From a virus (taxonomy: Duplodnaviria; Caudoviricetes): a DNA stretch of 30,705 nucleotides. Below the pieces are notes generated by a model. It ran no database searches, had not been told where the DNA came from, and saw only the letters and a program-made list of their open reading frames with translations. This document shows, in pieces, positions 6,846 through 14,928 of the stretch. The position numbers and the translations under genes are program-made. Each line of letters begins with the position of its first letter. Position 1 is the stretch's first letter. The stretch is from positions 1 through 30,705 of the IMG/VR virus record IMGVR_UViG_3300030433_003270; one strand, given 5' to 3'.

Positions 6846-7520
6846 ATGGGCGGAGGAGGAGGCGGCGGCCAAGAAATTAAGTTTGTCGACATCGAACCTC
6901 AAACGGTTGAGACGACAACTGATGCTTATAGACAGCAGTTGCAACTTGGTGAAATTGCTCAAGCGCAGAACCAAGAGAACATGCGACTTGGTGCAGAATT
7001 AGACCGTACCAATGCTGAGTTTTTCCAAACCCAGAACTTACGTGGTATCCGCGCTCAGGGTGCTGAGACCCGGATGAACCTCGCGGCCCAGGGTGCGCAA
7101 ACACGCCTCAACATTGGCGCCCAGGGTGAGCAGACTCGTCTGAATATCGGTACTGAAGGCAGAGAAACACGAGCCACTCGCCGCGTTGAAGGTGAGGAAC
7201 AGCGGAGAGGTATTGTCACCACTGGTGAACAGACCCGACTGACCCGCGAAACCGAAGGCCAGCAACAGCGTCTTGGCATCCAAGAGCAGACCAGAGGCAC
7301 TCAAGCGATTCGCAGAACCGAGGGTGGTGAAACGCGATCCACACGTCGGGTTGAAGGTGAAGAGCAACGTGCAGGAATTCAGACCACTGGTACTGAGCAA
7401 CGGCAAACTGTTCGCACCACAGGTGAAGAAACTCGGGCAACTGAGTTGCAACGTGAGATGTTCCGCCGCTATAAAGAGAACAGGGATTACGAGCAGGCGC
7501 AACGCCAGGCAAGAGCATGA
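6846..7520 (+). CDS. 11-residue-repeat protein, putative ejection/DNA-conduit protein
   Basis: GGAG RBS, MGGGGGGG N-terminus, and 12 tandem hendecads G-E-(E/Q)-(T/Q)-R-x6. Confidence 0.6.
   Translation: MGGGGGGGQEIKFVDIEPQTVETTTDAYRQQLQLGEIAQAQNQENMRLGAELDRTNAEFFQTQNLRGIRAQGAETRMNLAAQGAQTRLNIGAQGEQTRLNIGTEGRETRATRRVEGEEQRRGIVTTGEQTRLTRETEGQQQRLGIQEQTRGTQAIRRTEGGETRSTRRVEGEEQRAGIQTTGTEQRQTVRTTGEETRATELQREMFRRYKENRDYEQAQRQARA
7059..7454 (+). repeat. Degenerate 33-bp tandem repeat, 12 copies (coding)
   Basis: GAETRMNLAAQ GAQTRLNIGAQ GEQTRLNIGTE GRETRATRRVE GEEQRRGIVTT GEQTRLTRETE GQQQRLGIQEQ TRGTQAIRRTE GGETRSTRRVE GEEQRAGIQTT GTEQRQTVRTT GEETRATELQR. Confidence 0.9.
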
Positions 7521-8002
7521 AGGAATGGATTCACGAACTAACTGATAAAGACCGTGAATCCTTCTTAGCTTTCTGCAAAAAGTCAACAAGTCCGATACAG
7601 ATGTACCTGTATGCCAGGTTTCTTGGCTTTCAGGGTTCTATCGTGGATTGTGATACTTGGTCTCAAGAGACTTACAAGAAGCGGAACTTTGCTGCTGTCT
7701 TGGAGATGGAGATCGATGCGATGACGCAAGATATCTCGAAGTTACGTGATGCGATCGATATGGGCATGGTCAAGCAGGATATGGGCACAGCTCGTATTGC
7801 CATGTTGCAGAAAGAACTTCGTGGTGCGATCAAACAGCTCCAGGATGAGAAGGTGTTAATGGATAAGCAAGGTTTGATTCTTGCTGGTGCAGACCGAGCG
7901 TTGCGTGAGATGTTAACTATCTTCCGTGATGATCCGATCGAAGGCCCACTTCAGGAGGCATCGATGGGTGTCTGGACAAAGATCTTGCAAGAAGAGTCTT
8001 AG
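7517..8002 (+). CDS. Candidate terminase small subunit
   Basis: 161 aa helical protein with an N-terminal HTH-like part and central coiled helices, just upstream of TerL, with an ATGA overlap. Assignment rests on position and size. Confidence 0.45.
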   Translation: MKEWIHELTDKDRESFLAFCKKSTSPIQMYLYARFLGFQGSIVDCDTWSQETYKKRNFAAVLEMEIDAMTQDISKLRDAIDMGMVKQDMGTARIAMLQKELRGAIKQLQDEKVLMDKQGLILAGADRALREMLTIFRDDPIEGPLQEASMGVWTKILQEES

Positions 8003-8025
8003 TAAAATAAGAAAAAAGATTAGAT

Positions 8026-8412
8026 ATGTCCTTACAAGATCAATACCATGATCGGTATTTTGATAAGCAGCGTGGTCAAGTAGTTGGTGTCAGGTATGAC
8101 GGACCTGTCGGCAATCAACGTATGACTAAGACTGATCTTGGTCTTGGGATGGGCGGCCCTCTTGAACTTCCGAAGTCAAATTATGATTTTGGTGATATCC
8201 GAGAGGAGACTTATGAAGAGTGCGTAATGAGAACTGCCGGTTCCGGCGGTACAGGACTTGACGATCCTTGCAAAACAAAACCACGTCAAATCATCCCTTT
8301 ACCTGAGGAACGTGTTCAGTACTTTCTGGACAACCCTGAAGAGGCGATGCCGAAAGGCAACGGGCTATCTGAGAGTTTTCTCTTTGATTACGTGCAGAAA
8401 AAACTTAAGTAA
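8026..8412 (+). CDS. Hypothetical protein (128 aa)
   Basis: ORF fills the gap between candidate TerS and TerL and has its own TAAAAT at 8003-8008. Confidence 0.7.
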   Translation: MSLQDQYHDRYFDKQRGQVVGVRYDGPVGNQRMTKTDLGLGMGGPLELPKSNYDFGDIREETYEECVMRTAGSGGTGLDDPCKTKPRQIIPLPEERVQYFLDNPEEAMPKGNGLSESFLFDYVQKKLK

Positions 8413-8436
8413 TAATTACTGCGCTATGCTTTCAGC

Positions 8437-9960
8437 ATGGCAGGAACAAGTATTTATAGCGTATATCGACGGACTGCACGGGCTGCTGCACAGCAACGTG
8501 TCGTCAAGAAAACGTCGTCGATTGACGTTGAAAAAGCAAGAACAGATTTTGCATATTTCTGTGAGGTGGTAGGTGATAAACCACCTGCAGCGCACCATTT
8601 GGAATGGCATAAGTACCTGTGCACCGGGGAGGACTCTGAATGCTTGATTGGAATCGGTGGTCCCAACATCGACATCCTTGCACCACGGGGTAGCGCAAAG
8701 TCCACGATCCTAGGTCTTTATACCGCCTGGTCCATCGGCATCCATGCCCTGGCGAAGAAACCTTTGAAGATCCTCTACATCTCTTATACGGTCGATGTGG
8801 CGCGACCTAAGAGTGCAGCAATCAAACGGATTATCGAAGAGAGTAAAACATACAAAGAGATCTTTCCCACCGTAAAGATCGCGAAAGGCATCAACTCTAA
8901 CGAGTACTGGAGTATTGATTGGAAGTTTGCAGGTATCAAGTCAACGGGTGAAGAAGAATTCACTGTTTGTTGTGCAGGTCTCAAAGGTGCTGTGACCTCT
9001 AAACGTTCACACCTTTGCATCATTGATGACGCCATCAAGAGTGCGGATGACATCAAGAACCGGGACATCCGGCAGGCAATGGAAGATAACTGGAACTCAG
9101 TCATTGTTCCGACCATGTTTGAGGGCGGCAGGGCGATCTGTCTAGGCACCCGCTTCCGCCATGACGACATTCATAACTCCACATTCATCCCTGCCAATGA
9201 TTGGGTGCAGATCATCCAGTCTGCTATCACGGTCGATGACAACGGAGATGAGATCTCGTATTGGCCGGACATGTGGTCGCTTGATTACCTACGTGACCGT
9301 CGCCGCCAGGCCCCTGTTGCTTTTAGCTTCCAGTACCAGAATCAGGTCGTCCAAACCAGTGAGCTTTCGCTTTCTCCTGATCTAATCATCAAGGGAACTA
9401 TCGACATGCAGTTCGAAACCCTAGGGGTCGGGGTTGATTTATCAGCGGGCGTTCGTGAACGGAACGACTACACGGTCTTCGTGATGGGAGGGCGCGTGGG
9501 AGGGAAGATTCACATCATTGATTGCAAGAGACTTCGTATCATGGGTAACCTTGAGAAGCTCGAAGCATTAATGGAAATGATGGAAGAGTGGGGTGTCATT
9601 AGTAAAGATAACGATCAGTATTTCCCCACGGGTAGCGGTATTGAAATTTGGTCAGAAGCAGTGGCTTACCAGGCATCATTAGAAGCTGATTTCAAGCGAA
9701 TCTGCCTGGGAGAGCATGGACTTTATAACATGCACTGGCATCCGGTTAAAGGTTTTAGAGGAGATAAAGTTGCCAGATTCCGGGGGATTATGGGCATGTT
9801 CGAGCAAAGGAAAATAGTATTTAATAAATATCGCAAGTTCCAGGCGTTGACAGATGAGATTGTGAACTTCGGCGTGAGTTCGCATGATGACTGTGTTGAC
9901 GCTTTGGTCTGGCTCTGCAATGGTCTTATGACCAGAGGAAAACTAGAGTTAGAGTATTGA
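8437..9960 (+). CDS. terL: Terminase large subunit
   Basis: Walker A ILAPRGSAKST, Walker B LCIIDD, coupling motif LGTRF, and RNase H-like nuclease motifs VGVDLS and HDDCVDAL. Confidence 0.96.
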   Translation: MAGTSIYSVYRRTARAAAQQRVVKKTSSIDVEKARTDFAYFCEVVGDKPPAAHHLEWHKYLCTGEDSECLIGIGGPNIDILAPRGSAKSTILGLYTAWSIGIHALAKKPLKILYISYTVDVARPKSAAIKRIIEESKTYKEIFPTVKIAKGINSNEYWSIDWKFAGIKSTGEEEFTVCCAGLKGAVTSKRSHLCIIDDAIKSADDIKNRDIRQAMEDNWNSVIVPTMFEGGRAICLGTRFRHDDIHNSTFIPANDWVQIIQSAITVDDNGDEISYWPDMWSLDYLRDRRRQAPVAFSFQYQNQVVQTSELSLSPDLIIKGTIDMQFETLGVGVDLSAGVRERNDYTVFVMGGRVGGKIHIIDCKRLRIMGNLEKLEALMEMMEEWGVISKDNDQYFPTGSGIEIWSEAVAYQASLEADFKRICLGEHGLYNMHWHPVKGFRGDKVARFRGIMGMFEQRKIVFNKYRKFQALTDEIVNFGVSSHDDCVDALVWLCNGLMTRGKLELEY

Positions 9961-9987
9961 CGATTTAAACTATAGGTATTCACCACG

Positions 9988-10170
9988 ATGTCTCCCAGCT
10001 ACTTTGAAGTAGAGCTTGAGCAAGATGCTTATGGTTCTGCGATTCTTCCTCTACCGGATGAATTGTGCCACGATTTAGCCCTGCAGCCGAATGAAAGATT
10101 CGATGTTGAAGCTGAAGACGGTGTGATTACGTTCAAAAGGGTGGAAGCTGGTTACGATATTGATCAGTAG
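9988..10170 (+). CDS. AbrB/MazE/SpoVT-like swapped-hairpin protein
   Basis: The pattern GSAILPLPDELCHDLALQPNERFDVEAEDGVITFKRV matches the AbrB/MazE signature. Confidence 0.75.
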   Translation: MSPSYFEVELEQDAYGSAILPLPDELCHDLALQPNERFDVEAEDGVITFKRVEAGYDIDQ

Positions 10171-10184
10171 ACCTCTTAAACAGA

Positions 10185-12440
10185 ATGGGCGATAGCGCTA
10201 AATCACAGCTTGAGGCTATACTCAAATCGGTAGTTTCACGTAATAGTGAAGGCCCTGCGGACACCATGCTGGTGAGCGCACACCTTTCCCAGATGAAGAT
10301 GTTTGGGATCAGGCAGGGCGTCGAGTTCTACCCGTTGCAGGATAATTTAGGCACGCAACGTTATGACTTTATCCAGCAAGTAATTAAGTTCAACAAGTTA
10401 GACGCACGTTTAGATAGTATTTGGGACCGATTTCTTTCATATGGTAAGGGCCTGTTTTACATTCGGCCTACCCAAAAAACATATCGAATTTACTGGTTCG
10501 ACAAGGACGCCTATCGGACATATTACTCTCCCGAGGGCGATCTCGAAGAAGTAATTATTATCTATCCTTATAAAGTTCGTTCCACAAAAGGCTTTAAAGG
10601 TGTTGGCCTAGATACAAATAAGCGGTACATGCGTCTGCGCATTACAGCTGAATCGATCGAAGAATCTCATAGCGAGCAAGAGATCAACTTCGACAACCCG
10701 ATGGAAGATGTTCCATTCAGTAATAAGAAGGTGTTGAAGAACACCATGGAGTTTATTCCATGCGTGGAGGTCCTGAACAACCCTGATGCTTTTGGTACTG
10801 AAGGCAGCGGTGAGTTCGATTGGATGGCTAATCAGATCGTCGCCCATGACGAGATGGTGAAGAACATCCGGGCCAACCTGTCTTTCTTTGGCAACCCGAC
10901 ACTTCTTTCGTCTCGTCCGAAGAACGACATTATTGAGTACGACCAGAATGATCCTGGTCAGCGCCCGAGCATCTCCAGCCAATCTGGTTTTCAGTCGGAA
11001 TTCAACCTCAGCAGTTCTACCTATAAGCAGGACCCAGTAACGCGCCAACAACCTGGGTACATTGGTAAGCCTGGTTCGGGGATGCGTGTCCCTCGGGTCA
11101 TTGCGAACTTGGAGCCTACTGACCGCGTTGGCTTCATTACTCCAAATGCTGTCAGTACTGATCAGGCTCGTTATGCCGAGCAGATGCGTAGTGAGATTCG
11201 TCTCGCACTGGGTGGTATCGATGACTTGAGCATCACCAATGTCACAGCCACAGAGTACAAGTCGGCTTACGGGCGAGTAAGTGCGACGGCGAAGAAGAAA
11301 GCACTGCAGCTATATACGTATGGCATCTGTCGTTGCCTGGAACTAATTATTTTCCAAGAGGAGCAGATTTTCCGCAAGTCACTTGCTTATGCTCTGAACA
11401 TTAAAGAGCCAATTCTGCCTGAAGAGCCGGACGATAAAGCTCTCGCAAAGTATGACAAAGCGAAGGCTCGTTATGAGCAAAAACTTGAAACTGCTATTAG
11501 AGAAGCAGCTGAGACCAGGGAGATCCCACCGGGTGTTCTTGGTCTTGCGCCAGACGGCGATCGAACGGTCGAATGGCGTTGGTTGGGGCCTGTGTACGAA
11601 GATACAACACAGGATAAACTCAACCAGTCTATCTTCACCAGAAACTTGCAAGAGTTAGGTGTTGATAGCATTGAAGCACTGAAGTATCTATTCCCTTCTA
11701 AAACGGATGACGAAATTGCGAGCATGCTCTCGGGTTTCCCATTCCGCGTGGTAGGGGAAGTACAGAGGGCTTATTCCGCGTTTATTGATCTAATCAATCA
11801 AGAAATGCGGACACCACATCCGCAGCAACCGAATCTTCCGATGTCTGCGGATCCGAGATTAGATCTCACCCCCTTCCTTTACCGCACACTCGAAAGCCTA
11901 CAAAAAGAGGTAACTTATGCAGGCCGATACCGCAATGCCGACCCAGTCAGCACCCCAAGTATCCCCGACCCAACCGAGCAGCTACGCGGCTCCAGCCCAG
12001 ACGGCAGCGCAGGCTCCATCGGTGGCAACGACCCAGCAGTGGGTGGCGCCTTACCAGCAGGTGACGGCCCCAGCCCCGCAAATGCAGGCCCAGATGGCGG
12101 CCCAGCCGCAGGCCTCAACCCCTACTCAGTACGCCCCCCAGCAGTACCAGGCACCCCAACAAACGGAGAATCCTTACAAGGAGGCATTCAACCGAGTGGT
12201 GGGGCTCCTGAGTTCGCCCGTCCAATTCCCGTCCCTGGGTCAACAATCGACTCAGAGCCAGAGCGTCGATCCGGCCAGCTACCCTTCCCAGCAGGGTCTC
12301 CAGTTCAGCAATTTGGCGACGCAGACCTCTACGCCTTCGACCAACAGCAACCCGGCCTACTCCAACGGCTCTTCCCAAACTTCTCTGGAGATCAGCCCGG
12401 AGCAGCTTCAGGCGGCCGGAGTAAGCGACGCAAGCGTTGA
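10185..12440 (+). CDS. Portal protein with a 174-aa Pro/Gly-rich C-terminal extension
   Basis: Large gene between TerL and scaffold/capsid. Portal-like features include the helical segment DEMVKNIRANLSFFGNPTL and late VEWRWLGPVYED...SIEALKYLFP. Confidence 0.8.
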   Translation: MGDSAKSQLEAILKSVVSRNSEGPADTMLVSAHLSQMKMFGIRQGVEFYPLQDNLGTQRYDFIQQVIKFNKLDARLDSIWDRFLSYGKGLFYIRPTQKTYRIYWFDKDAYRTYYSPEGDLEEVIIIYPYKVRSTKGFKGVGLDTNKRYMRLRITAESIEESHSEQEINFDNPMEDVPFSNKKVLKNTMEFIPCVEVLNNPDAFGTEGSGEFDWMANQIVAHDEMVKNIRANLSFFGNPTLLSSRPKNDIIEYDQNDPGQRPSISSQSGFQSEFNLSSSTYKQDPVTRQQPGYIGKPGSGMRVPRVIANLEPTDRVGFITPNAVSTDQARYAEQMRSEIRLALGGIDDLSITNVTATEYKSAYGRVSATAKKKALQLYTYGICRCLELIIFQEEQIFRKSLAYALNIKEPILPEEPDDKALAKYDKAKARYEQKLETAIREAAETREIPPGVLGLAPDGDRTVEWRWLGPVYEDTTQDKLNQSIFTRNLQELGVDSIEALKYLFPSKTDDEIASMLSGFPFRVVGEVQRAYSAFIDLINQEMRTPHPQQPNLPMSADPRLDLTPFLYRTLESLQKEVTYAGRYRNADPVSTPSIPDPTEQLRGSSPDGSAGSIGGNDPAVGGALPAGDGPSPANAGPDGGPAAGLNPYSVRPPAVPGTPTNGESLQGGIQPSGGAPEFARPIPVPGSTIDSEPERRSGQLPFPAGSPVQQFGDADLYAFDQQQPGLLQRLFPNFSGDQPGAASGGRSKRRKR

Positions 12441-12918
12441 AGTTATTAATCACTTTGGTGCTGATGCGCCTCAGATCCTTAATAACTACGCCTGTCAGAT
12501 CGAAGACGCTCTGATCACGTCAAACGCACAGCTTAACGAAGCCGTTAACCTGCTCGAAACTCTCGCTAATGAGCACAAAGCTTATGAAGCGATCCTGACT
12601 GATCCCGACATCCTCGCTGATTACACCTGTGAGTTCTTCGGTGAGAATGGTCCTCACCCTGTCGCCGATGAGACCCCTGCTTATGCACAGGCTCCTCAAG
12701 GCGTGCAGGTTGGTCAGCAGCTGCAGCAGCAAGCCGTGGCCCCCGAGCGTCCTTCCATGCCCGTTCCTCCCCAGCCTCAGCAGCCCGCTAACGCTGGTGA
12801 CTTCTGGAACAACTTCGGCAACGTTGCCGACCGTGACCCTCAGAACGCCTGGCGTTATCTGAACTCTGCTCAGCAGAACCCTCAGATCTTCCGGGACAAG
12901 CTTCTGGTCATGGAGTGA
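11917..12918 (+). CDS. Putative capsid scaffolding protein
   Basis: GAGGT RBS at 11907-11911, a Q/P/A/S/T-rich disordered N-terminus, an acidic coiled core, position between portal and MCP, and strongly biased codons. Confidence 0.65.
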   Translation: MQADTAMPTQSAPQVSPTQPSSYAAPAQTAAQAPSVATTQQWVAPYQQVTAPAPQMQAQMAAQPQASTPTQYAPQQYQAPQQTENPYKEAFNRVVGLLSSPVQFPSLGQQSTQSQSVDPASYPSQQGLQFSNLATQTSTPSTNSNPAYSNGSSQTSLEISPEQLQAAGVSDASVEVINHFGADAPQILNNYACQIEDALITSNAQLNEAVNLLETLANEHKAYEAILTDPDILADYTCEFFGENGPHPVADETPAYAQAPQGVQVGQQLQQQAVAPERPSMPVPPQPQQPANAGDFWNNFGNVADRDPQNAWRYLNSAQQNPQIFRDKLLVME

Positions 12919-12946
12919 TCTCCAAACATAATTAGTTTTAGAATAA

Positions 12947-12976
12947 GGGGGTAGTAAAACTGCCCCCATATTTTTT
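12947..12976 (+). terminator. Rho-independent terminator-like hairpin
   Basis: GGGGGTAGT-AAA-ACTGCCCCC followed by ATATTTTTT. Confidence 0.7.
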
Positions 12977-12984
12977 ATTTGATC

Positions 12985-13416
12985 ATGGCAAAGAAAAAGG
13001 CAGGAGCCAGACAACGCGCTGAAGATTTTATTCAGGCAATTGGCACTGCCGGTGGAGCTCTCGGTGCTCCTGGGCTTGTACAATTCGGCGCTGGCGATAT
13101 CCAACGTCAGGTCGTTTTAGGTCAGACGGATGAGTACTCCGTTTATCGTGCTCAGGACATGGAAGCAGGTGTCGGTTCTCCCAACGCGCCTATGCCACCT
13201 ATGCCGCGAGATTTAGAAGGCGCGTACCTAAAACTCAATCTCCCCGGTTCACCGCTTCCGCAGAACGCAATGTTCATGCCAAGCAATATGGCCAGAGCTG
13301 AGTTTCAGCAAGAACAAATTGCTACGAGCGCTCAACAGTTTCTGATGAAGCGCATGCCGATGACCGGTCAATTACCTATGGGTTTAAATCAACCCAAATC
13401 TAAAAAAGGATCCTGA
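12985..13416 (+). CDS. Hypothetical protein (Met/Pro/Gln-rich, basic ends), possible minor head protein
   Basis: ORF track gives 12979; the ATG at 12985 is the more likely start. Coupled to the next gene by TGATG. Confidence 0.7.
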   Translation: MAKKKAGARQRAEDFIQAIGTAGGALGAPGLVQFGAGDIQRQVVLGQTDEYSVYRAQDMEAGVGSPNAPMPPMPRDLEGAYLKLNLPGSPLPQNAMFMPSNMARAEFQQEQIATSAQQFLMKRMPMTGQLPMGLNQPKSKKGS

Positions 13417-13652
13417 TGATGGACAACGCCAAAGCAAAAGAAGCAGTTAACAAGGCCATGAAGGCCAAAGCAATGGCATCTATTGATCCAGAAGTTCAGG
13501 GTCAAATGCCAGCCATGCAACCTGCAGACGGACTTATCAATCCCTATGGACGCATCGGTACTGTTGGCGCTAACACTTATAACCCTGGAAACATGGTGGA
13601 TGGTTCACCTATTGGCGAAGCTCGCGCAGTAGGCCGCCAATTAATGCCTTAA
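13416..13652 (+). CDS. Hypothetical protein (78 aa)
   Basis: Stop/start overlap with the upstream gene. Confidence 0.7.
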   Translation: MMDNAKAKEAVNKAMKAKAMASIDPEVQGQMPAMQPADGLINPYGRIGTVGANTYNPGNMVDGSPIGEARAVGRQLMP

Positions 13653-13674
13653 ATAATCCGGGTTGATAAATTGT

Positions 13675-13683
13675 TGCTATAAT
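13675..13683 (+). promoter_or_regulatory. Extended -10 promoter TGcTATAAT for the capsid operon
   Basis: Perfect TGnTATAAT 84 nt upstream of the MCP start. Confidence 0.7.
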
Positions 13684-13766
13684 TTTTTGTAATGGAATGA
13701 AAATTTCCATATAGAGGATATGTGTCCTCAAGTATCAGCGTACTAAAACTCTGCTGAGAAATTCCT

Positions 13767-14909
13767 ATGTTCATCGATAACGACTTTCCCAAGCTGTTGG
13801 GCGCGGAATTATACCGCCCCCATCCGGCTTATGTCGTGGAGATGGCCTGCGAGCCTGTAGTTGTCCACGACTTCACCAAGCAGCCTGGTCAAACCGTGCA
13901 GCTGGATCGTTACCGCTTCTTCGGTAACCCCGGCACGAAGACCAGCCGCGAGCGTACCCAAGACCAAACGATCGGAACTGCTAACAGCCGTTCTATCGTC
14001 AAGGACAAAGTTCTGGTGTCACTTCGTGAATACACCGGTCCTGCCGATCCGAATAACACCAGCCTCCCGAGCACCTTCAAGATTGCACGCGAGACCCTGA
14101 TGACCGCGCAGCGTCTGCTGCTGGACACCGGGAACCTTAACATGTTCCACCAGTCCATCGGTTCTCTGACTCTGCTGGACGACTATCGTCGTTGGCGCGA
14201 CCGTGTGTTCTTGGACGAGCTGTTCAAGTCCGAGTCCCGTGGGCAGTCTTCTGACTCCCAAGGTGGTTACTACTACCCTAACGACCATTCCAAGACTGGT
14301 GCAACCGTTGCAGCTTACACCGCTACCGAGTATGCCTCTGAGCGCTTTAAGTTCAACGTCAAGACCGACCTTCTGAACGTCGTCAAGAGCCTGCGTAAGC
14401 GTAACGTCCCTGTGTTCCAGGACGGCTACTACCGCTGTATCGCTGATCCCTCCTTCATGAAGGATCTGCGTGCTGATCAAGGCTTCCGCGAAGTGGCCCG
14501 TTACCCTGGCATGGGTCAGCCCAACCCTCTGATGGGTATGGCTTCCCCCAACGCTGCTCTGTATCAGGGCGGTCAGTACGGCCAAGCACAATTCGTGGCT
14601 GGTGAGCCAATTATGCCTTCAGGATTCGTCTTCGAGGGTGTCCGCTTCTTCGAGTCCACCAACTTCCCCGACAAGACCGCTACCGTCGACATTGGCGATG
14701 GCAACGGTGCTTCTAGCCGCACCACCCCTGCTGGTCTGTTCTTCGGTCCTCAGGCTGTTGGCGTTGGTATCGGTGGCCCTAATGCTCAGGTTCTGATTAA
14801 TAACAACGACGATTTCAGTCGATTTATTATTCTTATCTGGCAACTTTATGCTGGTTTCGCGAACCTGAATAAGGACTTCGTGACCACCGCCTTCACCGTT
14901 ACTGAGTGA
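13767..14909 (+). CDS. Major capsid protein (HK97 fold, N4-gp56-like, tentative family)
   Basis: 380 aa with the strongest codon bias in the window. Motifs KQPGQTVQLDRY, YRCIADP, GFVFEGVRFFES and LFFGPQAVG are typical of MCPs, and it follows the scaffold. Confidence 0.85.
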   Translation: MFIDNDFPKLLGAELYRPHPAYVVEMACEPVVVHDFTKQPGQTVQLDRYRFFGNPGTKTSRERTQDQTIGTANSRSIVKDKVLVSLREYTGPADPNNTSLPSTFKIARETLMTAQRLLLDTGNLNMFHQSIGSLTLLDDYRRWRDRVFLDELFKSESRGQSSDSQGGYYYPNDHSKTGATVAAYTATEYASERFKFNVKTDLLNVVKSLRKRNVPVFQDGYYRCIADPSFMKDLRADQGFREVARYPGMGQPNPLMGMASPNAALYQGGQYGQAQFVAGEPIMPSGFVFEGVRFFESTNFPDKTATVDIGDGNGASSRTTPAGLFFGPQAVGVGIGGPNAQVLINNNDDFSRFIILIWQLYAGFANLNKDFVTTAFTVTE

Positions 14910-14928
14910 TAAAGGAGGTACTTAACTA

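Noticed and set aside
9988-10170. MazEF-type toxin-antitoxin module
   Set aside because: The flanking genes are TerL and portal; there is no toxin ORF.
13663-13683. TTGATA as the -35 of the capsid promoter
   Set aside because: It is only 9 nt from TATAAT; the extended -10 explains the promoter.
7038-14591. Long antisense ORFs (7038..7589, 10608..11051, 12520..13104, 14019..14591)
   Set aside because: Expected mirror ORFs opposite genes with biased codon usage or repeats. They have no start signals or recognisable motifs.
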